From an uncultured Chloroflexia bacterium (GTDB lineage: Bacteria; Chloroflexota; Limnocylindria; Limnocylindrales; CSP1-4), in NCBI GenBank assembly GCA_963823925.1, contig CAWGNI010000002.1:153292-217291 (forward strand): DNA of 64,000 nt. Reading direction: 5' to 3'. The notes below the pieces were generated by a model. That model was not told where the DNA came from, did no database searches, and was given only the letters and a program-made list of their open reading frames with translations. Positions 8,781-21,017 of this stretch are shown in pieces (position 1 is the first letter of the stretch; each line of letters starts with the position of its first letter). The position numbers and the translations under genes were made by a program.

Positions 8781-9788
8781 TCATCCCGGCAGGAGCGTCC
8801 CGAGTCCGGACGTCTCGGCCCGACGGAGGATGGCGGATCCGAAGATGACGTCCGCGAGGCCCACCCCCAGGGCCGTCACGACGACCCGTCCGCGCTCCGG
8901 CCGTGGCGTCCCGGCGAGGAGCGACTCACCCAGCGTGGCCGTCGGGTCCGGGTAGTCGTCGAACAGGCCGGCGCTCCGGTTGGCGTCGAACTGTCCCCGC
9001 TCATCCACCAGGAACAGCGCGGCCCCGCGGGCGACGCTGGCGCTGCAGTAGGTCGCGTAGTCGACAGGGACCACGAGTGCCTCGCTGGTGAGCCACTCCT
9101 CGGTCATGACCTGGCGCGTCGGCCCGAAGGACGCTGCGGTCACGACCACGTCGGCCTCGGCGACCGCCGCACGGGCGTCCCGCGCCACCGCCACGCTGGC
9201 GATCCCCTCGGTCCCCATCGCCTCGATCGCGAGCGCTTCCGCTCGCTCCGGGTGCCGGTCGAAGAGGGTCAGTGCGACGCCCGCCAGGGTATGCCCCAGG
9301 ACGGCAAGGTGACTCCGGCCCTGGACGCCTGCGCCGATGATGGTCGCTCGCGGTTGCCGTCCCGAACGCCGGGCTGCGAAGTGCCGGATGGCGACCCCGG
9401 AAACGGCGGCCGTCCGCAGGGCCGTGATCGGACCGCCGTCCAGGATGGCTGTCGGGACCCCGGTTGACGCGTCGTTCAGGACGACCACGGCATTGACGGC
9501 AGGGACGCCGGCGGCGTTGTTGGTCGCGTACCCGGCGACCCACTTCATCCCGACGAGGTCATCCCGACCCGATGGCTCGCGACCCCGCAGGTATGCCGGC
9601 ATCGCGTGAGCGAACGAGCCGTCCGGTCTCGGGTGGACACCGATCTTGGCCGGCAACTCCGCGTCGCCGGACAGTGCGGTCATCGTCCGCTCGGCGAGGG
9701 TCAGACGCTCATCGAGATCGGGCATCGCGGCCAGGACATCGGCCGCGGTGAGATAGCGGAGCGGCGGGGCGTTGACGCGAGCAGCCAC
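8781..9788 (-). CDS. ornithine cyclodeaminase / mu-crystallin family protein
   Basis: 335 aa with a Rossmann GAGVQG motif and OCD/mu-crystallin family similarity along its length. Confidence 0.8.
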   Translation of the reverse strand: MAARVNAPPLRYLTAADVLAAMPDLDERLTLAERTMTALSGDAELPAKIGVHPRPDGSFAHAMPAYLRGREPSGRDDLVGMKWVAGYATNNAAGVPAVNAVVVLNDASTGVPTAILDGGPITALRTAAVSGVAIRHFAARRSGRQPRATIIGAGVQGRSHLAVLGHTLAGVALTLFDRHPERAEALAIEAMGTEGIASVAVARDARAAVAEADVVVTAASFGPTRQVMTEEWLTSEALVVPVDYATYCSASVARGAALFLVDERGQFDANRSAGLFDDYPDPTATLGESLLAGTPRPERGRVVVTALGVGLADVIFGSAILRRAETSGLGTLLPG

Positions 9789-9820
9789 CCGGCGAGTCTA
9801 CCTGCGGACGATGACCTACG

Positions 9821-11011
9821 ATGCATCCCATGGCGCCCATCGACATCGCGCAGAGCCTCGACAACCTCAAGCTGGAGCGCGACGCGATCGTGCTCTACGA
9901 CGCACTGTCGAGGATCGAGCGTGACCCGCGTCGGGCGGACGCATTCAAGCAGATCGCAGCCAATGAGCGGCGCCATGCCGATATCTGGGCCGGCAAGCTG
10001 CGCGATCTCGGCGCGGACGTCCCGCCGGCTGGCCGCGCGCGCATGCAGGTCCGCCTGATCATCCTGGCCGCCCGGATCCTCGGGACGAGTGCGGTCGCCG
10101 ACATGGTCAAGGCCCTCGAAGGTGACGAAGAAGCGACCTACGTGTCCCAGAGCGCGTCGCCCGACATCGCAGCGATCGCCGCTGACGAACGCGAGCACGC
10201 CGTCATCTGGGATCGCCTGAAAGCCGACGAGCGCCTCGACCAGATGGATGCGCCGGGCCGGGACGGCGTCGCGGTGGCCAAGCGTGCGGCGAGTGCGGCG
10301 GAGGTCGGGTCCAGCGAGCGGTGGCACCGGACCGGCTCGCGATCCGGCACCCTGCGGGCGATCATCTTCGGCGTCAGCGACGGCCTGGTGAGCAACCTGT
10401 CCCTGGTCATGGGGGTCGCCGGAGCCGCCACCGGGCAACCGGGGTTCGTCCTGCTGGCCGGCATCGCCGGCCTCCTCGCCGGAGCGTTCAGCATGGCGGC
10501 CGGCGAGTACATCTCCATGCAGAGCCAGCGCGAGCTGTCCGAGCGGCAGATCGCCCTGGAACGAGCGGAGATGGAGGCGATGCCCGAGGAGGAGGAGGCG
10601 GAGCTCGCGGCCTCGTATCGGGCGAAGGGCTTCGCCCCGGACGAGGCGGCCCGGATCGCCCACCGGATCTTCCAGGACCCGGAGACGGCCCTCGACACGC
10701 TCGTCCGCGAAGAGCTGGGGCTGGATCCCGACGAACTCGGCTCCCCGTGGGGTGCGGCCGGCGGATCGTTCGTCGCCTTCGCGGTCGGGGCCATCATCCC
10801 CGTGATCCCGTTCCTGTTCGGCAGCGGGACCCAGGCGCTGCTGGTCAGTCTCGGGCTGAGTCTCGTCGCGCTGTTCGCGGTCGGGGCCGCGGTCAGCCTG
10901 CTGACCGGCCGGGGGATGCTCTTCTCCGGTACCCGGCAGCTCGTCATCGGCCTCGCGGCGGCGCTGGTCACCTACACGATCGGATCGATCCTCGGCGTGG
11001 CGGCGGCCTGA
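9821..11011 (+). CDS. VIT1/CCC1-family iron/manganese transporter with an N-terminal rubrerythrin/ferritin-like domain
   Basis: N-terminal ferritin-like diiron motifs (ERRHADIW, EREHAVIW). C-terminal VIT1 membrane domain (GVSDGLVSNLSLVMGVAGA...). Confidence 0.75.
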   Translation: MHPMAPIDIAQSLDNLKLERDAIVLYDALSRIERDPRRADAFKQIAANERRHADIWAGKLRDLGADVPPAGRARMQVRLIILAARILGTSAVADMVKALEGDEEATYVSQSASPDIAAIAADEREHAVIWDRLKADERLDQMDAPGRDGVAVAKRAASAAEVGSSERWHRTGSRSGTLRAIIFGVSDGLVSNLSLVMGVAGAATGQPGFVLLAGIAGLLAGAFSMAAGEYISMQSQRELSERQIALERAEMEAMPEEEEAELAASYRAKGFAPDEAARIAHRIFQDPETALDTLVREELGLDPDELGSPWGAAGGSFVAFAVGAIIPVIPFLFGSGTQALLVSLGLSLVALFAVGAAVSLLTGRGMLFSGTRQLVIGLAAALVTYTIGSILGVAAA

Positions 11012-11013
11012 CC

Positions 11014-11319
11014 GTGTCAGCCATCCTGGATCGCTTGCGCAACGACGGTCTTGACCCGACCAGTTGGTCGAACGGGCCGGGGGATCGCTATCCGGGCCAC
11101 GACCATGCCTACGACAAGGTCATCGTGGTCGAGCGGGGATCGATCACCTTCGGGACACCGGACGGGAGTCTCCACCTGGCGACGGGGGACCGGCTCGACC
11201 TGCCCGCCGGAACGCGTCACGACGCGGTGGTCGGAGCCGCCGGCGTCGTCTGCCTGGAGGCCCACCGTCCGGCTGGCACATTCACCAGGGCGGTGACCCG
11301 GGGTGCCGGCACCTGGTGA
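11014..11319 (+). CDS. cupin domain protein
   Basis: About 100 aa with a cupin beta-barrel signature (GHDHAYDKVIVVERGSITF...GTRHDAV). The GTG start lies 3 nt after the VIT gene stop. Confidence 0.5.
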   Translation: MSAILDRLRNDGLDPTSWSNGPGDRYPGHDHAYDKVIVVERGSITFGTPDGSLHLATGDRLDLPAGTRHDAVVGAAGVVCLEAHRPAGTFTRAVTRGAGTW

Positions 11320-11390
11320 GCGGTCGGAAGACCGACCCGGGCCGCGAGGAGGGCGGGATCGGCGCTCGACTCAGATCCCGTCCTCGTCGG

Positions 11391-11699
11391 TCAGTACTGA
11401 GTCTTCGCCCGGATCTGCGCCATGCCCGGACCGGCAGGGACGGATGGACCATCGACCGGATCGGGGGGCACGGCCTCCAGGTAGGCCCGGTGCATCACCA
11501 GGAGGCGCTCCGCGGCTTCGGGACTGACGTCATAGCCGTCCTCGGCGAGCGTGGCTGACAGCCAGAGCGCCTCACGTGGTCGTTCGAGCGCATCGACGTC
11601 CGATTCGCGCCGGCGCGAATCCATGATGACGAGCCAGACGAGACCGGCCCCGACGATCAGCCCGACGATGAGCAGCCAGACATTGAACTCCGCATTCAT
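11391..11699 (-). CDS. small membrane protein (hypothetical)
   Basis: 102-aa ORF with a single N-terminal TM (VWLLIVGLIVGAGLVWLVI). Codon usage is consistent with the rest of the window. Confidence 0.35.
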   Translation of the reverse strand: MNAEFNVWLLIVGLIVGAGLVWLVIMDSRRRESDVDALERPREALWLSATLAEDGYDVSPEAAERLLVMHRAYLEAVPPDPVDGPSVPAGPGMAQIRAKTQY

Positions 11700-11740
11700 C
11701 CGGGGCGAAGTATACGGACCATCGCCGCTACACTCCCGGG

Positions 11741-12712
11741 ATGCTCGACTTCATGCCGGACCCGATCGCGATCCAGCTCGGACCCGTGCCCGTGTACTGG
11801 TACGGCATCGGCTATGCCGTCGGACTCGCGGCCGCCTTCTTCGTGATGGTCAGCCTCGCGAAACGGGCAGGCGAGGACGCGGACATCCTGGGCAACGGGA
11901 TCATCATCGTGGCGGTCGCCGCCCTGATCGGGGGGCGCGCCTACCACGTCATCGACCAGTGGGTCCTGTACAAGGACGATCTGATCAAGATCTTCCTGCC
12001 GCCCTACACCGGTTTGGGGGTCTACGGCGGGATCATCACCGGCACGATCGCGGCGTGGCTGTATGCGCGCTACAAGCGGGTCCCGTTCCTGCGCTGGGCG
12101 GACATCGTCGCACCGGGGCTGTTCACCATGCAGGCGGTCGCCCGGTGGGGCAACTTCTTCAATCAGGAGTTGTACGGCTCGCCGACGACGTTGCCCTGGG
12201 GGATCCCGATCGATTGCGCCCATCGGATCACGGGCGCGACGTTCGACTACGCGTGTGACGTCCTGCCCGAATCGACCCGCTTCCATCCGCTCTTCCTGTA
12301 CGAGTCGCTGTCGGGCGTGCTCGGCGCATTGTTCCTGATCTGGATCGGGTTCCATCTGCGCAAGCGCCTGCGGCCGGGCGACCTGCTGCTCGTCTTCTTC
12401 ATCTGGTACGGCGTCGTCCGGTTCGCGCTCGAGACGTTCCGGGAGGGGAACTGGACGTTCTTCGGGGTCCCGACTGCCCAGATCGTGTCCATCCTGTTCA
12501 TCGTGCCGGCCCTCATCGTGCTGGCCTGGCGGCACCGACCGGACCACCCGCTCGACGACCCGCCGAGCCGGCCCGAGGTCGCCACCTGGGGCGCCCTCGG
12601 TCGACCCGTGGAGCCACCCGACGAAGCCGACCCGGACGAGCTCGAGGGCGACGAGCTCGAGCACGCCGACCCTGGTCTCGGATCCGAAGACGACGAGCCG
12701 GACCGACGCTGA
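11741..12712 (+). CDS. lgt: prolipoprotein diacylglyceryl transferase
   Basis: Canonical Lgt N-terminus (IQLGPVPVYWYGIGYAVG). The Lgt signature region has an acidic, proline-rich C-terminal extension, as in actinobacterial Lgt. Confidence 0.85.
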   Translation: MLDFMPDPIAIQLGPVPVYWYGIGYAVGLAAAFFVMVSLAKRAGEDADILGNGIIIVAVAALIGGRAYHVIDQWVLYKDDLIKIFLPPYTGLGVYGGIITGTIAAWLYARYKRVPFLRWADIVAPGLFTMQAVARWGNFFNQELYGSPTTLPWGIPIDCAHRITGATFDYACDVLPESTRFHPLFLYESLSGVLGALFLIWIGFHLRKRLRPGDLLLVFFIWYGVVRFALETFREGNWTFFGVPTAQIVSILFIVPALIVLAWRHRPDHPLDDPPSRPEVATWGALGRPVEPPDEADPDELEGDELEHADPGLGSEDDEPDRR

Positions 12713-12738
12713 CCCGCCCGCCGCGGCCACCACCTGAC

Positions 12739-13608
12739 GTGACCGGGCCCCGGCGGGTCCGACCGCCCGCGGGCAGGGTCGCACCGGAGGCCATGGCCGC
12801 CCGCCGCGGCCGCGCGCTCGAGGGTCTCGCCTGGCTCGGCCGGCCGCCCGAAGCCAGGGCATCGGCGCTCTACCGGTCAGTCCGCTACCTCGCCCGGTTC
12901 GTCATCTTCGGCCTGCTCAGGGTCAGGATCCGAACCTCGGGGCAGGAGCAGCTACCCGCCGGCGGCTACTTCCTCGTCGGGGCCGCCCATCGCGGCTGGA
13001 TGGACCCGTTCCTCGTCATGCATGCTCTCCCGGTCGAACCACGCTGCTGGTTCCTCGGAAGCGCTCCATCGACCTTCACCGCCCGCTGGCGTGAGGTCCT
13101 GATCCACCGGCTCGGCGGCCTCCTGCCCGTCTGGCGCGGCGGCATCGGGATCGACCAGCATGTGGCCTCCGCCCGCGCGGTCATCGCGAACGGCGCCGTG
13201 TTCGCCCAGATGCCCGAGGGGACGATCAGTGGACCGCCCGGCCGGATCGGGCCGTTCCGCACCGGCTGGGCGGTCATCGCGCTGCGGGTCGACGCGCCGA
13301 TCGTCCCGCTCGCGATGGCGGGCTCGGAAGAGCTGTACGTCGGCCGGCGTCTTGCATCACGGATCCTGCCGGCCACCTCGGCCCGCGCCCTGGCGGGGCT
13401 GGGGCCGGACGCCGCCCTTCCGGCACCGGGCACGCGCGAGGAATTGGACCTCGCTCGACGGATGAGCGACTCGCTCGCGACGATCCTCGGTCCGGCCGTC
13501 GAGTCGATCCACCCCTGGACGGTCGACCCGCCGGACCATCCTCGCCGGCTCCGTCGGCGACTGACCTGGCTGCTGCTCGGTCCAGGCCACGTCGACCGCG
13601 GCACCTGA
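12739..13608 (+). CDS. plsC: 1-acyl-sn-glycerol-3-phosphate acyltransferase (PlsC family)
   Basis: The HX4D acyltransferase motif (AAHRGWMDP) and the FAQMPEGT and PIVPLAMAG motifs. The start is uncertain and may be the internal Met. Confidence 0.7.
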   Translation: MTGPRRVRPPAGRVAPEAMAARRGRALEGLAWLGRPPEARASALYRSVRYLARFVIFGLLRVRIRTSGQEQLPAGGYFLVGAAHRGWMDPFLVMHALPVEPRCWFLGSAPSTFTARWREVLIHRLGGLLPVWRGGIGIDQHVASARAVIANGAVFAQMPEGTISGPPGRIGPFRTGWAVIALRVDAPIVPLAMAGSEELYVGRRLASRILPATSARALAGLGPDAALPAPGTREELDLARRMSDSLATILGPAVESIHPWTVDPPDHPRRLRRRLTWLLLGPGHVDRGT

Positions 13609-13651
13609 ACTCGACCCGCCGACCGTCCCGGCGCACGGTATCCTCGCCACG

Positions 13652-15070
13652 ATGCACTACGCAGAGTCGATCCTCGATCTCGTCGGCCACACCCCGCTCG
13701 TGCGGATCTCGCGCTTGACCCGCGACCTCGGACCGATCGATCGCCAGCCGCTGCTCCTCGCGAAACTCGAGATGCTCAATCCCGGCGGATCGGTCAAGGA
13801 CAGGATCGGCTTGCCGATGATCGAGGCGGCCGAGCGGTCCGGCCAGCTCAAGCCCGGCGGGACGATCATCGAGCCGACCTCCGGCAATACCGGCCACGGC
13901 CTGGCGATCGCAGCGGCCCTCAAAGGCTATCGCTGCATCTTCGTCATGGCCGACAAGCAGTCCTCGGAAAAGCAGCAGTTGCTTCGGGCATATGGCGCGG
14001 AGGTCGTGCTCTGTCCGACCAACGTCGCGCCCGAGTCGCCGGAGAGCTACTACTCGGTGGCTGCCCGACTGGCCCGAGACATCCCGGGCGCGTTCAAGCC
14101 GGATCAATACTGGAACATGGAGAACCCGACCGCCCACGAGAAGACCACCGGCCCGGAGATCTGGGACGGGACCGACGGCCGGGTGACCCACTTCGTCGCT
14201 GGCGTCGGGACCGGAGGCACGATCACCGGTGCCGCCCGCGCGCTGAAGGCGCGCAACCCGGCGATCCAGGTCATCGGGGCGGACCCGGAGGGTAGCGTCC
14301 TGTCCGGTGACACCGCCCGGCCCTACCTGACCGAAGGCGTCGGCGAGGACTTCATGCCGGGCACGTACGACCCGGACGTGGTCGATCGATGGGTCCGGGT
14401 CAGCGACCGGGACGCGTTCGCGATGGCGCGCCGGCTCACCCGCGAGGAGGGGATCCTGTCCGGCGGCTCATGTGGGACGGCGATGGTGGCTGCGCTCGCG
14501 GTGGCTCGCGACCTCGTGGCCGACCCCGACGGACGCGACGCCGTCATCGTGGTCCTGCTGCCGGACAGCGGCCGGAGCTACCTGTCCAAGGTCTACAACG
14601 ACGAATGGATGCGGGTCAACGGCCTGCTGGCCACGACCGGGGCCGTCGTCCGGGTGGGCGATCTCCTCGGCGAACGACATCATGCAGAGCCGATGCCCGA
14701 TCTCGTCCTGGCGCGCACGACCCAGCGCGTCGGCGACGCCATCGCGATCCTCCAGGAGTACGGCATCAGCCAGCTGCCGGTCTCCGAGCATCCGGAAGGC
14801 GACGCCATCGAGGGCATCGTCGGGTCGATCACCGAGCGGGGACTACTCGATCGGGCTTTCCGTGACCCGACCGTCGTCGACCGGACCGTCGGCGAGGTGA
14901 TGGATCGGACCCTGCCCGTCATCGACGTGACCGCCAGCCTGGACGAGGCGTTCGCCCTGCTGTCCGGCGAGGACGCCGCGGTCATCGCCATCCGGGGCGA
15001 CCGACCGGTGGGGGTCGTGACCAAGCTCGATGTCCTCGAGTATCTCGCCCACCGGTCCGGACGCGGATGA
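13652..15070 (+). CDS. cbs: cystathionine beta-synthase (PLP-dependent) with C-terminal CBS-pair domain
   Basis: Cysteine-synthase-fold motifs (GSVKDRIG, TSGNTGHGLA) plus a C-terminal tandem CBS domain region. Confidence 0.85.
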   Translation: MHYAESILDLVGHTPLVRISRLTRDLGPIDRQPLLLAKLEMLNPGGSVKDRIGLPMIEAAERSGQLKPGGTIIEPTSGNTGHGLAIAAALKGYRCIFVMADKQSSEKQQLLRAYGAEVVLCPTNVAPESPESYYSVAARLARDIPGAFKPDQYWNMENPTAHEKTTGPEIWDGTDGRVTHFVAGVGTGGTITGAARALKARNPAIQVIGADPEGSVLSGDTARPYLTEGVGEDFMPGTYDPDVVDRWVRVSDRDAFAMARRLTREEGILSGGSCGTAMVAALAVARDLVADPDGRDAVIVVLLPDSGRSYLSKVYNDEWMRVNGLLATTGAVVRVGDLLGERHHAEPMPDLVLARTTQRVGDAIAILQEYGISQLPVSEHPEGDAIEGIVGSITERGLLDRAFRDPTVVDRTVGEVMDRTLPVIDVTASLDEAFALLSGEDAAVIAIRGDRPVGVVTKLDVLEYLAHRSGRG

Positions 15071-15106
15071 CCGTTCCATCCGATCTTCACGGCCCGGTTC
15101 GAACTC

Positions 15107-15625
15107 GTGTCGATGTCGATGGCGTTCATGCAGGCGTTGGAGGCCCGTGACCTGGCGACCGCCGGAGTGGAGGTCGGCGCCATCGTGCCCGATGACCTGC
15201 CGGACACGCTCGAGCACTTCCTCCAGTACCGCATCGCCGACATGGCCGCCGATCCGACCGCCCGACCATGGCTTGGACGGGTGATCGTCGACGAAGACAC
15301 CGATGGCACCCGCCGGGTCATCGGGTCGTGCGGGTTCCATTCGCCGCCCGAGCCGGACGGACGGGTCGAGATCGGCTACCGGGTCGAACCGGCGTATCGC
15401 CGCCAGGGAGTCGCGTCCGAGGTCGTTCGCGCGATGTTCGACTGGGCGCACGAGCAGGGTGTCGACTGCTTCCGCGCATCGGTCTCGCCGGACAACATCG
15501 CCTCGCTCGCCGTCGTCGGCCGGCTCGGCTTTCGCCGGACCGGCGTCCGGATGGACGACATCGATGGCGAGGAACTCGTGTTCGAGCTTGATGGCTGGCC
15601 GCCACCGGTGACCGTCGATGGCTGA
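15107..15625 (+). CDS. GNAT family N-acetyltransferase
   Basis: Acetyl-CoA binding motif region (YRRQGVASEVVRAMFDWA). It is embedded between cbs and the gamma-lyase gene. The start is uncertain, with an alternative GTG at 15104. Confidence 0.65.
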   Translation: MSMSMAFMQALEARDLATAGVEVGAIVPDDLPDTLEHFLQYRIADMAADPTARPWLGRVIVDEDTDGTRRVIGSCGFHSPPEPDGRVEIGYRVEPAYRRQGVASEVVRAMFDWAHEQGVDCFRASVSPDNIASLAVVGRLGFRRTGVRMDDIDGEELVFELDGWPPPVTVDG

Positions 15626-16766
15626 TCGACGCGATCCCACGTTCGAGACGCTGGCGGTCCATGCCGGCGCCGAGCCGGACGAACTGACCGGGGCGGTCGC
15701 GCCGCCCATCTTCCAGACCTCGACCTATGCCCAGGACGGGGTGGGGGATCCGCGGCGCGGCTACGAATACGCACGGTCACAGAACCCGACCCGCGAGCGG
15801 CTGGAGCGGGCAGTCGCCGCGCTCGAGGGCGGGCGCCATGGGATCGCCTTTGCATCGGGGTCGGCCGCGACCGCGGCGCTGGCCGAACTGGCCGGCCCCG
15901 GCGACGAGATCGTCGTCGGCGATGACGTCTACGGGGGCACCTACCGGTACCTCGAGCAGGTCCGCCGGGCGGCCGGGGTGGATTCGCGGTATGTCGATCT
16001 GGCCTCGGGCCAGGACGGCCTCTGGGAGGCCCTGAACGAGCGGACCCGACTGGTCTGGTTCGAGACGCCGACCAATCCACACCTCAAGGTCGTCGACATC
16101 ACGGCGACGGTGGCGACCGTCGCGCGCCGGGAGGCGGACGGCGGGCGCCGGCCCCTTGTCGTGGTCGACAACACCTTCGCGTCACCGGCGCTCCAGCGAC
16201 CACTCGCGCTCGGCGCCGACATCGTCTTTCACTCCGCCACGAAGTATCTGGCCGGGCACTCGGACACGATCGTCGGCGTGGCCGTGACCTCGGACGATGC
16301 CGTCGCCGGGCGCCTCCGGTTCCTCCAGAACGCGATGGGCGGCGTGCCCGGGCCGCTCGACTGTTTCCTCGTGCTCCGGGGCCTCCGGACGCTCCATCTC
16401 CGGATGGAGCGTCACACCAGCAACGCGATGTCGATCGCGGCGACCCTGCGTGATCGAACCGACGTGGCCGCGATCCACTACCCCGGGTTCGGCGGGATGC
16501 TCTCGTTCCTGCCCGCCGCCGGTGGAGTGCGTGATCGGACGGCCGCGGAGCGCGCGATCGCGATCGCCGAAGGGACCCGGTTATTCACCCTGGCCGAATC
16601 GCTCGGTGGGGTCGAATCGCTCATCGAAGTCCCGGCCGCGATGACCCACCAGTCCGTCGCTGGTTCGGCGCTCGAGGTGGATCCGGCGCTCGTGCGCCTG
16701 TCGGTCGGCATCGAGGGGATCGATGACCTGACGGCGGACCTGTCCGAGGCGCTCGACCGCGCCTGA
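15618..16766 (+). CDS. cystathionine gamma-lyase / gamma-synthase family PLP enzyme (reverse transsulfuration)
   Basis: 382 aa of the Cys/Met metabolism PLP family (FHSATKYLAGHSD lysine region). It overlaps the GNAT gene by 8 nt. Confidence 0.85.
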   Translation: MADRRDPTFETLAVHAGAEPDELTGAVAPPIFQTSTYAQDGVGDPRRGYEYARSQNPTRERLERAVAALEGGRHGIAFASGSAATAALAELAGPGDEIVVGDDVYGGTYRYLEQVRRAAGVDSRYVDLASGQDGLWEALNERTRLVWFETPTNPHLKVVDITATVATVARREADGGRRPLVVVDNTFASPALQRPLALGADIVFHSATKYLAGHSDTIVGVAVTSDDAVAGRLRFLQNAMGGVPGPLDCFLVLRGLRTLHLRMERHTSNAMSIAATLRDRTDVAAIHYPGFGGMLSFLPAAGGVRDRTAAERAIAIAEGTRLFTLAESLGGVESLIEVPAAMTHQSVAGSALEVDPALVRLSVGIEGIDDLTADLSEALDRA

Positions 16767-16919
16767 TCCTCGATCGCAATCTCGCCGCAACCCTTCCGCA
16801 ACGTGGTAGCATCGCCCCCAATACGACTGCGGAAGCCGACTCCTGCGGGCTCCTGGGCCCGCATCACGCGCGGCCGGTCGATCTGACGTGATCGCCCGTG
16901 CAACTGGAGTCCACCGCCG

Positions 16920-19467
<2,548 letters not shown>

Positions 19468-19480
19468 CGGGCTCCCTCGG

Positions 19481-19909
19481 TCAGGACGGTTTCTCGCAGC
19501 GGCGGATCTCGGTGAGCCCGGACCCGCGGTAATCGAACGTCGCGCCGGCGGCCGTGCCGACGACCTTCCAGCCATCGACCGGGATCTGCGTGTAGGCCAT
19601 CCCGGGCTGCGGGCAGCCGAGGCTGCCGTCCGGGTAGCTCACGGCCTCGCCCGAGATGATCGTGACGTCGCTGGCGGACACACCGGCATCCTTGGCGATC
19701 TCCGCCTTGACGGCGGCGATGATCGGCGCCGGCAGGTCGATGGTCCCCGCGCTGGGGCTCGAGCTGGGGCCGGGGATGATCGACGGTTGCTCTGACGCCA
19801 TCGACAGCGATGGGGCGGGGCTCGCCGACGGCGATACCGATGACCCGGCTGCGGAGCAACCGGCGACGAACAGGAACGCGGCAACCAAGCCGATGCGGGT
19901 GGTCTTCAT
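19481..19909 (-). CDS. lipoprotein of unknown function
   Basis: Signal peptide with lipobox (LFVAGC|S). The start was set at MKTTRIGLVAAFLFVAGCS, internal to the longer ORF. Confidence 0.5.
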   Translation of the reverse strand: MKTTRIGLVAAFLFVAGCSAAGSSVSPSASPAPSLSMASEQPSIIPGPSSSPSAGTIDLPAPIIAAVKAEIAKDAGVSASDVTIISGEAVSYPDGSLGCPQPGMAYTQIPVDGWKVVGTAAGATFDYRGSGLTEIRRCEKPS

Positions 19910-20070
19910 GGCTCGATGGTAGCGCGCCGTCGGTCTCGCGGGCCGTGGCCGTATCTGGTCGTGCATGTGATGGGACCTCCGTGGTGGGGCATTCCCAAGA
20001 CGCCACGGTCGCCGGACCGGTTCCGTCCGATCGGCGAGCCGCAGGGACCACCTTCGATACACTCACCCCC

Positions 20071-20946
20071 GTGCTTCCGGCCGTCGTGACCTTCCAGTTC
20101 GATCCGTACGCCCACATCGTCGGCGGTGTGGCCGTCCTGTGGGGTTCGATCGCGCTGACCGTGGCGATCGCGGCGGCTCTGATCCTGGCCGGTCTGATGG
20201 CGCGAGCCGAGCGCCTGCGGGCCGATGACGTCCTGTTCATCGCGATCGGGATCGTGCCCGGCGCCGTCATCGCGGGACGGCTCGGATTCCTGCTGCTCCA
20301 TGCCGATGACTACGGGGCGGATCCGGGGGCCCTGATCGATCCGTCGCTCGGCGGGATGGACCTCGGACTCGCGGTCGTCGGCGGGCTGCTGACCGGTGGC
20401 TCCGTGGCACGACTCCTAGGGGCGCCCGTCAGACGGTGGCTCCACCTCGCCGCCGCCCCGGTCCTGTTCGTGCTTGGCGCGGGCAAACTGACGATGGTCC
20501 TGACCGGAACCGGGCAAGGGTCGCCCAGTACGGGTCCGACGGCGACGGCATATCTCGGACCAGGGCCGTGGGGTTCGCTCCTGCCGGCGCTCCCGTCCGA
20601 TCCATCGCAAGCGTACGAGGGGATCGCGACGCTGGCGATCCTGGCCGTGTTGACGCTGGCGCTGATCCTTGGTGCGTTCCGCGGCCGCGACGGCCGGCTC
20701 TTCTTCGTGGCCATCGGCTGCTGGGCGCTGGTGCGGGCGCTCGTGTCCACCACGTGGCGGGATCCAGCGGTCGTTGCCGGTCTGAGTCCCGGAGGCGTGC
20801 TGTCGGTCGCGATCGCTCTCGGGTGCGCCGTGGTCTTCATCGTGATGACGCTCAGGCCCGGAACGGCGGGATCCGCCGTGACCGACGGCGCCGACGCCGA
20901 CGCCACGATTTCCTGGCCCGATCCGGAGACGCGTCCGCCGTTCTGA
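20071..20946 (+). CDS. Lgt-family (prolipoprotein diacylglyceryl transferase-like) membrane protein, divergent paralog
   Basis: N-terminal FQFDPYAHIVGGVAV resembles Lgt FPEFDPVIFSIGPVAL. The multi-TM topology contains a DPSLGGMDLGLAVVGG segment. The start is uncertain, with a GTG at 20071 as one candidate. Confidence 0.5.
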   Translation: MLPAVVTFQFDPYAHIVGGVAVLWGSIALTVAIAAALILAGLMARAERLRADDVLFIAIGIVPGAVIAGRLGFLLLHADDYGADPGALIDPSLGGMDLGLAVVGGLLTGGSVARLLGAPVRRWLHLAAAPVLFVLGAGKLTMVLTGTGQGSPSTGPTATAYLGPGPWGSLLPALPSDPSQAYEGIATLAILAVLTLALILGAFRGRDGRLFFVAIGCWALVRALVSTTWRDPAVVAGLSPGGVLSVAIALGCAVVFIVMTLRPGTAGSAVTDGADADATISWPDPETRPPF

Positions 20947-21017
20947 CCGGGGTGGCCACCCCACGGATCGGGACGGCTCGCGGTATCGTGGCGGTACCTA
21001 CCACGAGGTCCGAACCG

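Noticed and set aside
15067-15150. Possible alternative N-terminus or frameshift for the GNAT gene (27-aa ORF MTVPSDLHGPVRTRVDVDGVHAGVGGP)
   Set aside because: There is no recognisable GNAT N-terminal homology in that frame. It is more likely a chance overlap. The GNAT start at 15104/15107 is adequate.
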